A stretch of 64,000 bases of DNA. Origin: Lepidodermella squamata. Its lineage: Eukaryota > Animalia > Gastrotricha. The stretch spans positions 1 to 64,000 of the forward strand of contig JBLDXI010000010.1 in the NCBI GenBank assembly GCA_047495785.1, given 5' to 3'. The first letter of the stretch is position 1. Every line of letters starts with the position of its first letter. The position numbers were made by a program, and so were the translations under genes. The notes below the pieces were generated by a model that saw nothing but the letters and a program-made list of their open reading frames with translations, was not told where the DNA came from and did no database searches. Shown here one piece after another: positions 33,201 through 45,940 of the stretch.

Positions 33201-36200
33201 CTCCGAATCGGGCAAGTATCGGGTCGGGGACTGCCTCGAGTTCAACCCTACCCGATGGGCCTCTGCACCTCGAGGCGATTCGTAATTTTGGCCAGAGTTT
33301 GCGATACGGCAGTAAATTCATTTTTGAATCAATGCCGCAGTTGATTTCGCTGTGGCTCGACTACGCTCTGGCTGTTCACAATGCGTCGCAACAGCCGCCG
33401 CAGCAGCAGTCGACGTCTAGCATCAACACGGCCCGGCAAACGATGATGAGCATCAACACGGAGGTGAAGGCCATGCTTGGTCCTGTGCCGGCCTATCAGT
33501 TTCTGGTCGCATTTCCGCAGCTGATTTCTAGAATTTGCCACCCGCAACGGGAAACTTCTAGCGTCCTGCTCGAAGTGGCGGCCTATGTGTAAGTTCCAAG
33601 AAATCTATTCTAATTAGCCTAACATATACCCCTAGGCCAAGTACATTTTAGGGATATATGTTGACATATTTTTACATATTGAGCAGTTGATTTGTTAAGG
33701 AGGAGCAAATATTGGGCAGTTGTCAATTTAAGTTCAGACCCATGAAGCTCTTGAAACCCCTAAGAAACCCAAGGAACCCAAAACAAAGTTATTATTTAAA
33801 ATCAAATGAGCTCATGACAAAGCGTACAGGTAGGACGTCAAAACAGCGAAAGCGACGAAACAGCGAAAAATCCTCCCCAAAATGCTGTGTAATGTGCGAT
33901 ATTAAAATCGCTGTTATGTCGCAAATTAGATTTTTCGCTGTTTTGTCGCGTTCGCTGTTTCGGGTATTCGCTGTTATGGCGGTCCGCCAGCGTACAAGGC
34001 TCGGGAATCGAGAATGGCGCGGAAAACAAGCGCCAGAAATACAAAAAAACTAGCAATAGCGACTTTTCGAAGCAATGTCGCGGCATGGAGTTCAGGGAGC
34101 AGATTGTTGATTGGTCCCGCGAACCATCATCGGAGGTCGGAAACGGGACGTGTTTCAAAAACGAGCGTGAGACTTCGTTGTTTTAATGTCAGTTATTAAG
34201 TGTGAAAATTGAGAAAAAATGGGAATGAATTGCAAATTTTGCCACAAAATGCAACAAATTATTCATCAAAATCGAAAATGCTCGATAGCAAATCAGCACA
34301 AAATTGAGAGAATAACATCATCGTTCGAGGGCGAGTTTTCGGCCGTTTTGGTGAGAACTTTGGCAGACCGACAAAACTGCGTAGTCGTGATAGGGCGAAG
34401 GATGGGGCTTGTCGCGAAAATCCTGGGATGATTTATGGCCAAACCTCTGCCTTGTTATTCGTCCATTATTGCAAGCCTGGTATAGACTTGGGAAAACAAC
34501 GTCGGCGAGATCCAGACGGTGCCGCCTCACGCCATCTTCCGGCTTAATTTCAACAATTTGAGATTACGTTGAGTACCAAAGCAAAGGATTCGCTCTTCAT
34601 CATGGGTGTCGAATAACTGGAAGTCTACGACTCGAGTTGTCTTCAGTGAGTGGTTTTTCACTGATGAAATTATCATGCGTCATGCGTCATGGAAATCGCA
34701 TAGTCCAAGATAGGCGGAGTGGACCCAAGACTGTCATTTGCGCTCTTGGGTGAAGCTGATAACGGAACAATTTGACGGATTATGTTAGAAAAATATAGAA
34801 TTTTATGAGCCCTGTGGTGACTGCGAACAAGCTTTTCGAGCTTGTTTGCTAATGAAGAGTTGGCGATTGGCGAAATCGGCTTGCAATCAATCACAAGGAT
34901 TATTAACAATTAGTCAAAGGCGCACTCTAGCCTTGAATCGTTAACACTGAACACTTTAACATGAAAGGGCGAAGATCGGAGTTGACTTTTCGTCGCCATT
35001 TTTTCACGGAAGATACGTTTAAAATGTCGAATAGCTTGTTGAAGAATTCCAATTTGAATTGGAGATCTGTTTCATGTTTAAACTTTTTCTCTTGGAGCAA
35101 TCCTGTTGACTGCGGAAATAACTTGAGTTAGTAATGTTGTGATCGCTCCCGTTGTTGGGGCATAAACGAGGCATGATTTTTACGTCTGAAAACGGCTATT
35201 GCAGCGCATCCACCGCTGCTCCCCCTGATTGGTCATTGAGAATTCGATTTGGTGTACACTTGAGGAGATGAGGCACATCCTGGATTCGATATCGACTCCA
35301 GGAATGCAATTGTGTTGCAGACCTCGGCGCAAAAAATACGTCTTGTATCCTTGATTTTTCCCGCAACCGTCTTTTTCCTTCTATTCCGTTCAAGCATAAA
35401 GCGGGGAAGTGTCGGCGCCTGCCAATTCAGGCAGTGGCAAGGCGACGAGAGGCTCCGCCAACACATCAGCAACAGGTAGGGGAAGCGCCAATCGGGCAAA
35501 CGGCGCGCCGAGAGGGATGAGACGGACGATATGCGCTCGGCTGAATGTGGGAATGTCCGCACCCGGAATTCTGCCGGGTTTAACCCAGTAAATTATGCAG
35601 TACCCGCCGATGTGGGCCTGCAACTGCCTGACGATGTGACGAGCGAAATCAGACTGGTACATGTCTACCTCACCTCTAATGACCAATTCAGGCACTAACC
35701 TGGACAATAACTCGAATGAATAATACGGCTCAACAACAACATCGGCAAAGGAATCACACGAAATTACGATGAAACTGGCTGACGCTGATGAACCGTGGCC
35801 CTTGACAGTAGCAGCCGTCGCACGACTTGCGGCAGGCACTTGTGAATGTGACGTCATTAATAAGGATGCGATCCGCGTCAAATTTGTAGGCGTAGAGCCG
35901 CTCGTGGAGAGGTATCCCGCCTGCGGGAAAGGAAACATTCGCAACGGCTTGCCCAGCCGGCACCCGGCAGAAGGCAGTCAGAGGACAATGTGCGAATCGA
36001 GCGCCATCGAGCGCATTCGCTGACAATAACTGGATGGCTGACGGCGATCACAGCGCCCGGCCCGATCAGACCGAGATACGACAGGGAAAGCCGGTCGCGT
36101 TGCGTGTCCCGCAACAGGAGAGGCATAATGAGTACATAGCATTAGCACATAACGTAAAGGATTGTAATGAGGGCTGTAGTTCGTTGATGCGAGTCAACCC

Positions 36201-37916
36201 CAGATCGTAGAAGCGTTGCGATGTCACGATACATCATTTCACTATCGCGGTATAGAATGATATCATTCTTATTTTAATTTTTAGGATGTCAGCCTATCCG
36301 CAGCAAACTACATGGTTAGCGATAGCTGTTTCTCGTTCAATGTGGCCAACACGGCGAAAGCGCTGTGAAGACTTATTCGCCCGACTGCGCCAGATGAAGC
36401 TCGAACTCAATCAGTTCATATCAGATATCTCACGTCTCACGGATCGCCTGTGCGAAGTCTGCGACAAGTCCACAGATCGCGACCCAGATTCGGACGAATC
36501 AAAGCTCATGCCGCTAAGTGTTGGCCGCGATTTCCGGCAAATGAAACGGCTGGTTGAAGACCAGTCTTTCAGCCGAATCTTGATCCCTCTTCAACACCTA
36601 CTATGGCCTACCCTGCCGACTTCTAGGAAGAATCCACTTCAAAATTCGACCAGTGCCACGCCTCACCAACCGTTTCCGAGTGATGAGATCTATTTCGCTG
36701 GCTTTGGCGATGAGGTCGAGGTGATGCGTTCTCTCCAACGGCCGAAGCGGTTGCTTGTTCGAGGCAGCAATGGCAAATTGTACGGCTTTTTGTGTAAGCC
36801 TAAGGAAGATCTGCGGAAAGACTCGCGTTGGATGGAATATGTCACCGTGGTGAACAGCTTCCTGCGGCGAGATGCCGATGCTAGCCGGCGCCGATTGTCT
36901 ATTCGAACTTTTGCCGTTATTCCCTTGAACGAGGATTGCGGTATCATCGAGTGGGTCGATGACACCCACGGTATCAGACCTATCCTGGTGGATATCTACA
37001 AGGAACGTGGTATTCTGAAAGATCATAAATTTCTCATTTCGTGCAAACTCCCGGCCGATGCGCCTCTCAGTGAGAAATTGAAAGTTTTCAGGGTGAGAGT
37101 CGCCTTAAGTTTTTTGATGATTTAATCCCTCATTTTTTTCAGACGAGACTTCTCCCAACACATCCGCCCGTGCTTGGAGACTGGTTCCGGCGAACCTGGT
37201 TTGCCGACGCTTCGGCGTGGCACGAGGCCAGGCTCGCATTTTCGCGCTCAGCCGCTGTTATGAGTATAGCCGGCTACATCCTCGGCCTGGGCGATCGCCA
37301 CGGCGAGAACATTCTCATCGACAAAAAATCTGGCGAAGTTGTGCACGTCGATTTCAGTTGTTTGTTCAACAAAGCCGACGCTTTTGAATATCCTGAAGTT
37401 GTGCCCTTCCGCCTCACCCATAACATGACTCATGCTATGGTACTGATTTTAATAAAAATGTGATTTTTTGTTGATTTTTTGTTCTATTTCAGGGCCCGAC
37501 TGGGTACGAGGGCGTGTTTCGAAAGGCGTGTGAGGTGACGATGCGAATCGCGCGGCATCATTCAGACGCGCTGATGATTGTCCTCAAGTCATTTGTCCAC
37601 GACCCGCTCGTTGAATGGCAAAAACCGGCCCAGGCCAACAAAGCCAAACCCAGAGACCAGTCCGGAGCTGACAATGGCGAAATTGTCAATTCACAGGCTG
37701 TAAAGTAAGTTTTGAATATTATACAATTCGCGGTTATTTTCGTCTTTTTCTACCAGAGTTCTCAATGATGCGCGAAATCGTCTGAAAGGCTGTGTTACGA
37801 CTTCTTCTATGGATTTGCCGCTCTCTATCGAGGGCCATGTCAACTATGTGATTCGGCAGGCGACAGATGACAGCAACCTCGCCCGCATGTATATTGGCTG
37901 GGGCCCGCAAATGTAG
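21263..37916 (+). CDS. ATR: Serine/threonine kinase ATR (PIKK family; HEAT/UME, FAT, kinase, FATC), multi-exon
   Basis: SLQRPK..GSNGK..CKPKEDLRKDSR, IPLNEDCGIIEWV, GYILGLGDRHGENIL, VHVDFSCLFNK, VPFRLTHNM and FATC MYIGWGPQM*. Large introns at 23875-26050, 28020-31155 and 33589-36284. Confidence 0.96.
24110..24525 (-). mobile_element. Degenerate non-LTR retrotransposon RT fragment in an ATR intron
   Basis: FADD..WCDKWRLELNLLKCEVMVF..KYLGVTLTPRLSWDEH*..KA..IVEYEP. Confidence 0.85.
24680..24995 (-). mobile_element. pogo-family transposase C-terminal fragment
   Basis: FYDEFM..HSFTKSGNMRQPTFEQVCSWIVRAWEEL..SFKSC..DGSED. Confidence 0.85.
25020..25280 (-). mobile_element. Second, different non-LTR RT fragment
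   Basis: LQDRLVKFCSWF..LKLNPDKSQFM..*LGFILD. Confidence 0.75.
25325..25430 (-). mobile_element. Short degenerate Penelope-like RT fragment
   Basis: Across frameshifts it reads PSF..DSH..IDGSKLLILVSFDV, resembling the PSY.KDS..LVSFDV motif. Confidence 0.45.
25621..25900 (-). mobile_element. Penelope-like RT fragment
   Basis: ATADISDMYNQIPINEAL..VEFVLKHNTVKFDGKWYTQIKGIAM. Confidence 0.85.
28403..28615. repeat. Long hairpin/palindrome (94 bp arms, 25 bp spacer), possibly a MITE
   Basis: Arms 28403-28496 and 28522-28615 are near-perfect reverse complements. Confidence 0.9.
29445..29610. repeat. Degenerate ~21 bp tandem repeat (TCTTTTT.ATCTTGCCAA-like)
   Basis: About six CATCTTGCCA/ATCTAACC units. 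Resembles a transposon subterminal array. Confidence 0.55.
30085..30560 (-). mobile_element. CMC/EnSpm-like transposase fragment
   Basis: PKHHYLLHL..IALGPLRITWTMRFEAYHAILK..NTKNTPYSVA, then a frameshifted GVEYRVGDAVVV. Confidence 0.8.
33825..33990. repeat. Short inverted-repeat element built from AACAGCGA/TCGCTGTT units
   Basis: AAACAGCGAAAGCGACGAAACAGCGAAAAATC is mirrored by GATTTTTCGCTGTTTTGTCGCGTTCGCTGTTT. Confidence 0.6.
34455..34655 (-). mobile_element. MULE (Mutator-like) transposase fragment
   Basis: My translation reads DFQLFDTHDEERILCFGTQRNLKLLKLSRKMA*GGTVWISPTLFSQVYT, matching RILIFGT..NL.LL..DGTF..P..F.QLYT. Confidence 0.75.
34940..35300 (-). mobile_element. Internally deleted P-element/THAP9-type transposase fragment
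   Basis: DVPHLLKCTPN, KIMPRL, TQVIS and FFNKLFDILNV..LRPF occur in the order expected for P transposases. Confidence 0.75.
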
Positions 37917-38246
37917 CCCCTGCGCGTGTTTTTTTTTGTTTTACCTCCCGCAATCTCTGTATATCAAGACTTTCAATTCTTAACAAACACCGATCATTCC
38001 TTGCCGGTACATAGATTATATTATTCAAGCGCTGAAATTTTAATGCTATCGAGAAAATAATAAAAGACGTAAAAATGTTTCAAATAATGGCTTTTATTGA
38101 GCACAACAAACAAGTGCAAGTAATTTATCATCATTTCCATGCCTTAATTTCAGCATTTCAAACAAAAAAAGAGAGATCAAAGTGATAAAGCAAAATGTTT
38201 AAATGAGCTTATGGAAGTCAAGACTTTTCAAGGCTTGGATTTTTTT

Positions 38247-41200
38247 TCAGATGAGGAATCGCTCATCGACGCCGGTTTTCAGGGCGACGTTCTTCTCACC
38301 GTAATTGGCGCGTATCGTTATTAAAAGTTTGCTCACTACGTACGTAGTAAGACCAGCAATAGTGGCGTCACTGGCGAACATGTCGATGACGCAAAACAGC
38401 AGCAGTTCAAACAACACGAGCGTCAACTCATGGCCGAGTAGGAGTACATTTTCAAAAGATCGGCCGTCATCTGTGAAATGATTAATCATAAAGTTGGTAC
38501 AATAATAAAAAAAATACAAACCTTCATAGAAAATCATGCCCTCGGGAGAACGAACGCATTCGATGTCGAATAAATTCTCAAGAAATGACTTCTTAGTTCT
38601 GAGAACTGCCCCGCTGTTAGCGCCGTTTTTCTCAACTTCGGTTGAGATGAAGTATTTAAGGTGTTCCTGAGCTGCAGAGAGAGCTGTATAATCGGTAGAA
38701 GCGTGACCAGGGGTGTTGCGAACACTTCGCTGCTTCGAGCCAGTAGCTTGTCTAATTTGAAGAAGATACGCGTCAATCGTAGTTCGAACTCGAGCCGGAA
38801 CCATGATTTCGAAAGTTCGCTGGGCACTCCCAAACAATCCACCCTGAGGGCTTTCGTCTTTCTACAATGGAACTCAAGTTTTACTTGAAAAATTCAAAAA
38901 TAATCGATTTACAGCTTCGGATTGGAGGAATTCAGTCAGTTCTTTCTGGTTCGTATCTGCGTGACCGTGAAGGAGTCTTCCATGAATATAGTACCCATGC
39001 CTCTGTTCGGAAAGCATGAAAACACTGATATTCGAGAGCGCGCACAAATCCACGAAATTTCGGGCCGAATCCTCGACAAATCGTTCGTAGATGAAAATGA
39101 AGAAAATCCACTGGGCGAAAGCTAAAATAAATTGATAAATGAAGTGTCGATATAGGATGTCAAATTACTTACCAAACAAGACGTACATCGCACTTGTAAT
39201 GCCAAATCTGAGGACTCGGCGAATCTCACTGTGATAGTATTTGGGCGAAAGGTTCGTTTCAGTGTACGGATCTCCGGTAGCCAAGTTGCCAAGACCGACG
39301 AATTCGATCAGCATCATCACTACAATAATTTGAATGACCGGATTAGTCCGGCGGCATACTTGAAGTTCGTTCCATTCGTTTCCGATAAACAGAGTTCGCC
39401 AAACTGAAATAGGCTGTACCACCTCGCGAACGGGTGGTTTAATGTCAGCGCTAGGTCTAGGCTGGCGGTTGACAACGGAACCTCGAGCTACTGGGGTTGC
39501 TGTGCCGGAAGGAGTGTTAGGACCCCCAGCACCAGATGACAACGAAACCACCTGTGACAGTTTCGGCTGCTCCCAATCCAGAAAGAAAATATCAATAGTG
39601 GACTGTTGAATGATGATTTGAAGGCAATGAATCAGTTTGCAAACGCAGGCTAGAACCGCAACAAGGATGAATCCTCTCTCGCCATCTTCTTTAGCCGGAA
39701 GCATGAAAACCGCGAAATTTTGAAATTTGTAAGCGATCAAGTACCAAATACTAATAGCCAATGCCACAATGGACAATATATTTCCGCAACCTGCGATCAG
39801 CAGCATAATACTGGGTAAAATGCATGCGCCCTGGTCGCAATCTCCGCCTCTTCGTTGAAACCAGCCGTACAGTTTGATGCCAACATAAAATCCAGCAGCA
39901 ATCAGAGAAATCAGCAACATTCGAACAATGTCATCAAACGTGGCACCTGAACCCTCGTATGTGACTGAGAATTCAATATCTAGCATCGAATTTTGATTCG
40001 ATAAGAACACATCACTATACGTGATTTGAAGCTGAGGTGGCAAAATCGCGTCAGTGCCGTTTACTCGAACTAACAGAGTGACTTTGGAGGCGTAGCGTAT
40101 GGTCTCAATAGGGCCATCCCTGGAGCCTTCGAATCGCCGGAGGCTGTCTCGATCGACCATAAAAAACCGAGCTATGTAGTTTTTAGCATCTTGTCCAAAT
40201 GGACTGGTCATTTTCACAGGAACGCTGAATTTCTTTAAAATGTTGCGCTGGCCACCAGCGGTTTCATCTCGCTCCGGAAACACAATATCTAAACATAAGG
40301 CGATCAATCATGAGAAATCGACTAGTGAAGTTACGTGGACTTACACATCTGATAATACTTGGTTTCAAAAGAACGCCATAAATCTCGCGCAGGAATTTTA
40401 CAGGTGCTCTTATAATTGACACCAAATCCAAGCCAGGCTATCAGGGAATCGGAAATTGACATTATTAAATCATTACATTCCGTTCAAATATTTACCATCA
40501 GGAAATCTTTGTTTATTAAAACAAAGCTGGAGAAAGCCATCAGATGCGTTTTTCCATCCTTCAAATGAGCCGTTTATGTTGAAAACTGCGGCCTTTAGAA
40601 CAAAAATAATACATCTAGCAATTCCAACCATAAATGAGACTTACTCTAAGGTCTAGATAAGAATATATATTCCCTGCTGCATACAGTTCTCTAGTTCTAT
40701 CGGCAACAAAATTGACGGGCGGAAGTCTTGTTTCGCTTTCAGCGTCAGTGATTATCATGCTAAATTAACGATATAGGTATCATGCTATAAACACTTTATC
40801 ATATACTTATGCCGAACACTTACTTCGTAAACGTATTAGGATTGCAAAGTTTCTCTGTGCGGTCGAGGTCACCGGAAGATCCACGAAGAGTACACAGATT
40901 GGCAACTAAGCTACATGAAGAGCTTTTCGAAATCTAGAATAGATGCATGGTTAAAATATATAGGAAATATAGTAAAATGTGCAACCGACTTTAGTGCACA
41001 AGGTGCGCGAAGTAACCAAACGATAATAGTCCATGTAGTAAGCCGACGTGATCCGATTATTTGTCTAAATGGGTACATCAGGTAATGTCATCAAATGAAA
41101 ATAATAAATTAGGCCTTCTTACTAGACCAATAGCTATGCTGGTTTGACTTTGTGCCTCTTGGCGATACGATTCGTCGATCCTCAGACAAAACGAAGGCTA

Positions 41201-41960
41201 AAATAGAATAGTTTTCCAAATACCGAATACACTTCTCAAATTCATACCACAGGCACGCCCGAAGGAGGGTTGCACTCCCTAGACCAGATATCAATGCAGC
41301 TCGCTTGAACCTCAAAACTTAAATTAGGAGCGCTGCATGGAACACATGCTGTCTTTCGTTCATTGGGGACGTATCCTCTTGAGCACTGCACGCATTTTCT
41401 GCGACTAAGTATCTCGCCATTAAACTCACTTTCGACTGAGAGAAGTGACATGTAAGGACAAATCAATCAAGAAAACCGAAACCAACCATTTATGTAGCCA
41501 ACTGGGCAATCACATCGCCCGTCACGAGCGGCAGGACTTTCGGCTGGACAATCGATACAGGTGCTATACATCGATATCTATGAATCAGATTATCTTGATA
41601 ATAAACAAGTAATCTAGAGATTGCAAGGCCTTACCACTTGCTTGTCAGCGCTAGGACAAATTTCACATCTCTGGACATCGAAAGATGAGGAATTTTGGCG
41701 ATAACCAGGACGGCAAACGCAATTCAAGCCTGTAAGAAACAGTTAATGGTAATAACTTGTTGGTCAAAATAAGTATTACTAGAGTTTGCTGTCCACTGAT
41801 CCGGACCACACGGCTGACAGAGCATAGTGCTCGTCTCAAAGAATTGAATGATACCACAGGACGACGGTTCAATATAGTTAGTTCCAGCAGCGAAAGTATG
41901 GTAAATTCTCAATATTGTAATAAATATTGACAAGATGCTGAACTCGACGAATCCAGCCAT
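38247..41960 (-). CDS. TMEM67: Meckelin (MKS3), multi-exon
   Basis: Signal peptide and Cys-rich N-terminus, RFFMVD, IRYASKV, DIFFLDWEQPK, SVWRTLFIGNEWNELQ, and C-terminal VDERFLI*. Confidence 0.93.
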
Positions 41961-43348
41961 GTCTTACGGAGAGCGTAAATCCAAAAGCAACTCAGGATCC
42001 GATGAAGCCAAAACATGGAACAGGAAAAACCGTTGTACAAGGACGCCATAATTTAAAATTTTTTGATTTTGCACATAAATAATTAAAATAATTTTTGGGT
42101 GATAGTATATTTATATTTGTCAAAATCGGATGGAATTGCCGCTAAAATGGGCTATCGGGCAGCTGATTAGGCGATAAAAAGCAGAGGACGATGGACTGAG
42201 TTCTCACCTACAGGCCGTCCTCCTGTTTGTCCTTGATTTCCGCACAAAATGCGGTTGCTAGCTAACCTGCCGTGCACACGGCTCAGCTCGCTAGCTATGG
42301 TTTTTTCGGTCGAGTTTTTTTGTTTCTATCTCCGGCCTCCGGTATACGAGTTGGCTTTCCATCTCATCATTGGTTTTGTCCCATCAGTAATACCCTAGCC
42401 ATTATTTTCAGAGGCAATGTATATCAAATCATTTGGTATTAAATATACATATTAGATTTTGATTTTATGTTTTAAGCTTCGTGTTGCTGCCCTGAGTTAA
42501 CATGAATTCCACGAAAGAAGAGCGTGGTAGCCCTGCTATAGTTGGCTAACAGGAAGCTACCTATTTTTCTTTCCTTTTGCTAATTGTAAAAATTATATTT
42601 TTTAACCGATGGGACCTTCGTTTGCTTCGTTGCAGTGGCCAGTTTAAATCTCGTGCCACTAAAATGATTTTATGGAATATGGAATATATAAAATGCTATA
42701 CGGGGGATTGTGCTGGTCATATTCTTCAGAGTATATTTTCCACCTGTTTTCCTCTCTTTAGCCTCATGTCTCTCTCTGATACATATCAATTGTAAATAAA
42801 TTGATGATCTTTTAATGTTTCTCGGTCGATGGTGGTGTAGTTTGGTAGTTCAAATGCTTGGTGTCCTGGTTTACTATGAGCATTGACGAATTAGAAGAAA
42901 CGCTCGATCATGATGCATGACACATGGTCATGTATCCTATTACTAGATCTTGGTTGGCACAGGTGATATGTGACGCATTTCACTGCCGAAGGGAACACTT
43001 TTTGGCAATCAATACTTCGAAGTTTTCTTGTATGAATGGGGAAGGGGCACGGCATCTGCCGCTGATTTTAGATTTAACGTTGCTTCCGAAAAATATCCCA
43101 ATTCGGTTTGCTGACTTGCGTCATGGTTTCTGATGGGATAAGATTTAGCGTGCAGTGTTGGTATTAGGCGCGTGTTAAACGTCCAGGTCATCTGAATAAG
43201 TATATCAATTAAAAATAATCCATCTGTTGGAGATCCGCTGCATGCTGTATAAATTAATGACTTAGCTTTACTTTCTATCGAATAGATTTTCCCGTAATTA
43301 AACCAGACCTGCTGAAGTGGCGGATGAGCATTGAGCTTGGTGAGGAGC

Positions 43349-44646
43349 ATGCCTTCCTGCCGCGTCAGCGAATGCAGTAATCGGTCTGGAGGCGGCGTTC
43401 GGCTCTTTAGCATTCCAAAGCGATCAAGAGATATTGACATCGCGAAGAAATGGCTCAAAAGTGTCTGGTAAAATTTTCAATTTTGTGCCCGGTGTGGCGG
43501 ATTAAATCATTTCTGAATTCCAGGGACAAAGAACTGGATGACGAGCAATTCGCATTGTTGATGAAAGAAGAATTTCGTGTTTGTGCTGAACATTTCGTAG
43601 AATCAGATTTTGACGCTCGAGGCAAGCTTAAAGCAGATGCTGTACCCAGTCGATTTCCTTGGAACGGGGGCCAACAACGGGTTTCTTCTGTCAGGTTTGA
43701 TGATAAAATTCACTTATGGCGTATTCTATTATTTTATTTTACTTGAAGCAAATCTAAATCACTGCCAACGGAACACAAGCCCAATGGCGCGTTAGTGAAT
43801 AAACTCACCCGAGCGTTAAAAGCCGCTGAATCGCTCGTGGATGGGGAAATTAAGGACATTGATAGATGGTGAGAAACCTTTTCCCCCCTCGGTTCTTTCC
43901 TCATGGCTCGTTATTTTAGGATTCTTCAACTCGAAGCTCAGGTTGACCATCTGAGAAGTAAGCGTGAAAAACTTGTGCAACACAAAACTGAGCTCGGCCG
44001 CTCGCTCGGTTCCTCCTCCTCCTCCTCCTCAATGTCTGCTGTCGTTAAATCGGAAGCGGGACAATCTTCGCTGAGCACCGCGAACAATTTTGTTATGAAT
44101 AACGGAACAAACGTGGCTAATAATAACACTAACTCTAATTATAATTTTATCAATTCAAATCCTGGTGAATCTCTATTCTTGTCAAATGATTATTCGACTA
44201 CAGTCGGTGGCGAGGACGGAGAGTCGGATGATACTGCTGCCGTTGAACAATTGATACGGCGAGGCAAGGGCGGCAAATTGCTTCGACGATCGGCTGACGA
44301 GGCGTTGTCGCTGACCTCGGTGGAAAGATACTCAACATACGGCAACAATAACGGCAGCGCGAGTCATCACCTGTTTCTGCCGCCCGTGCCTACGCCGCCG
44401 GAGAGTACTGAGGCGGCCGCCGCGAACCTAACTACTGCTAGTAGCTGCACTTTGCCAGCTGAGCAAAGTGGCTACCCGTCGTCTGCTGCTTCATCGCCCG
44501 CTCATCATCATCATCATCATCGCCAATTCGCCACGCGGCGCAAAAATTTGAAACCTACACGTCGAATCGATTTGACATCAGCAGCGCCTGCGACTTGCTT
44601 CACGTCGTCGTCGGCCGGTGATAACTTTAGCGATGAGAAAAAGTGA
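43349..44646 (+). CDS. THAP-domain protein with a coiled coil and low-complexity tail (at least 4 exons)
   Basis: Spliced by eye: MPSCRVSECSN..LFSIP..KKWL..FRVCAEHFVESDF..LKADAVPSRF, giving the C2CH signature and AVP motif. Introns at ~43468-43523, ~43695-43748 and ~43869-43919. Confidence 0.8.
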
Positions 44647-45339
44647 GTTGTTTTATGCACTAATCGATCAATGTAAACCTATCCGGTTAAGCGCGCGCGC
44701 GTGCGTGTGATGAGTGCATTTAGCGCCCTTCATCAGCCTAACTCACCTACGATGATGATAATGTTTTTCTCGTCGCTTTTTCTGTAGCCCGCTGCCAAGC
44801 AGCAGTACTGTGACGAGCGCGAGCCCTGATGATGAGCCGATGGCCCTGAGTAATAATCATGACGCGGGCAGCATGGAATGCGGCGACGATGAGGACGCGT
44901 CTTGCGGCCAACGACAATGTGATTTGACTTCATTCTCCTCTCAGAGCCACTATACTACTACTACTACTACAACTAAATGAAGGAAATTATAATATACGTA
45001 TATTTTTGCCGAAATGCCAAAGATTGACGCTCGATGTGTAAAAAAATTATTTTTTCGCGAAAACGTGGTGAAATATTGTTATTTTATTATTGCTGGTATA
45101 TAAATCGATTGCACTCGCCGATTTTATTTTCGTATTATTAACTGTAAAAATTATTCATTACCTCTCGTGTCTCTCTCTATTTTATGATGAAATATTACAT
45201 ACAGCAGTAGTGATTGATGATAATATATATTTTATTTTTTTCGCGCTCTCGGAAAAGAACAACAGTAAAATTGTGTTTCTTCGTCAGATATTTTCGACCC
45301 GTTCAGCTCGAATTCAATTTTCTTATTTTTAGAGCCGTC

Positions 45340-45940
45340 ATGTTAACGAGATTGCGATTTTTGTTGCCTAGTCGCCCTAATAGCCGACTCACAGCTGCTC
45401 TATTTTCGTCGTCGTCGTCGTCGGCCGGCGAAAATGCGCCGCCTCTAGACGGAAGTCTATTAATGAAAGTCGATATAAGTGATAGCTGTGTGAAGGTATA
45501 TAATTATTATATTTAGCACCGCGTAATTTTACGCGACTAATCACGGGAAAAACGTGGCTAAGACTGAAATCTGATCGGCCTTTTTTGTTATTACAGAAAT
45601 TGCGCCAGCTACAGAGCACCGACCCGGGTTCGTTTCTTCGAGTCAGCGTAGAGAGCGGAGGCTGTTCAGGCTTTCAGTACAAATTCACGCTCGACTCTAC
45701 GATAAACCCTGATGACAAGTTGATTTTTCATCGAAATTGTCCATCGCCTCATTATTTTATTTCAGGGTCTTCGAACGCGAGGGCGCTAAGGTGGTTGTAG
45801 ACAACGATTCTTTGCCTTTAATCAACGGTGCTCAGATCGACTACTACAGCGAGTTGATTCGATCATCGTTTAGAATTGCAACTAACCCTCAGTCGGAGAA
45901 AGGCTGTTCATGCGGATCTTCCTTTGCTGCGAAAATGTGA
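45340..45940 (+). CDS. ISCA2: Iron-sulfur cluster assembly 2 homolog, mitochondrial (3 exons)
   Basis: Transit-like N-terminus, [29 protein letters not shown] and GCSCGSSF. Confidence 0.92.

Noticed and set aside
35769-36023. Plus-strand ORF as an RPA/OB-fold piece of a Helitron
   Set aside because: The resemblance is limited to a YPAC motif.
43009-43458. Minus-strand 149 aa ORF resembling a LINE C-terminus
   Set aside because: It overlaps the first THAP exon on the plus strand, which splices cleanly into a complete THAP domain.
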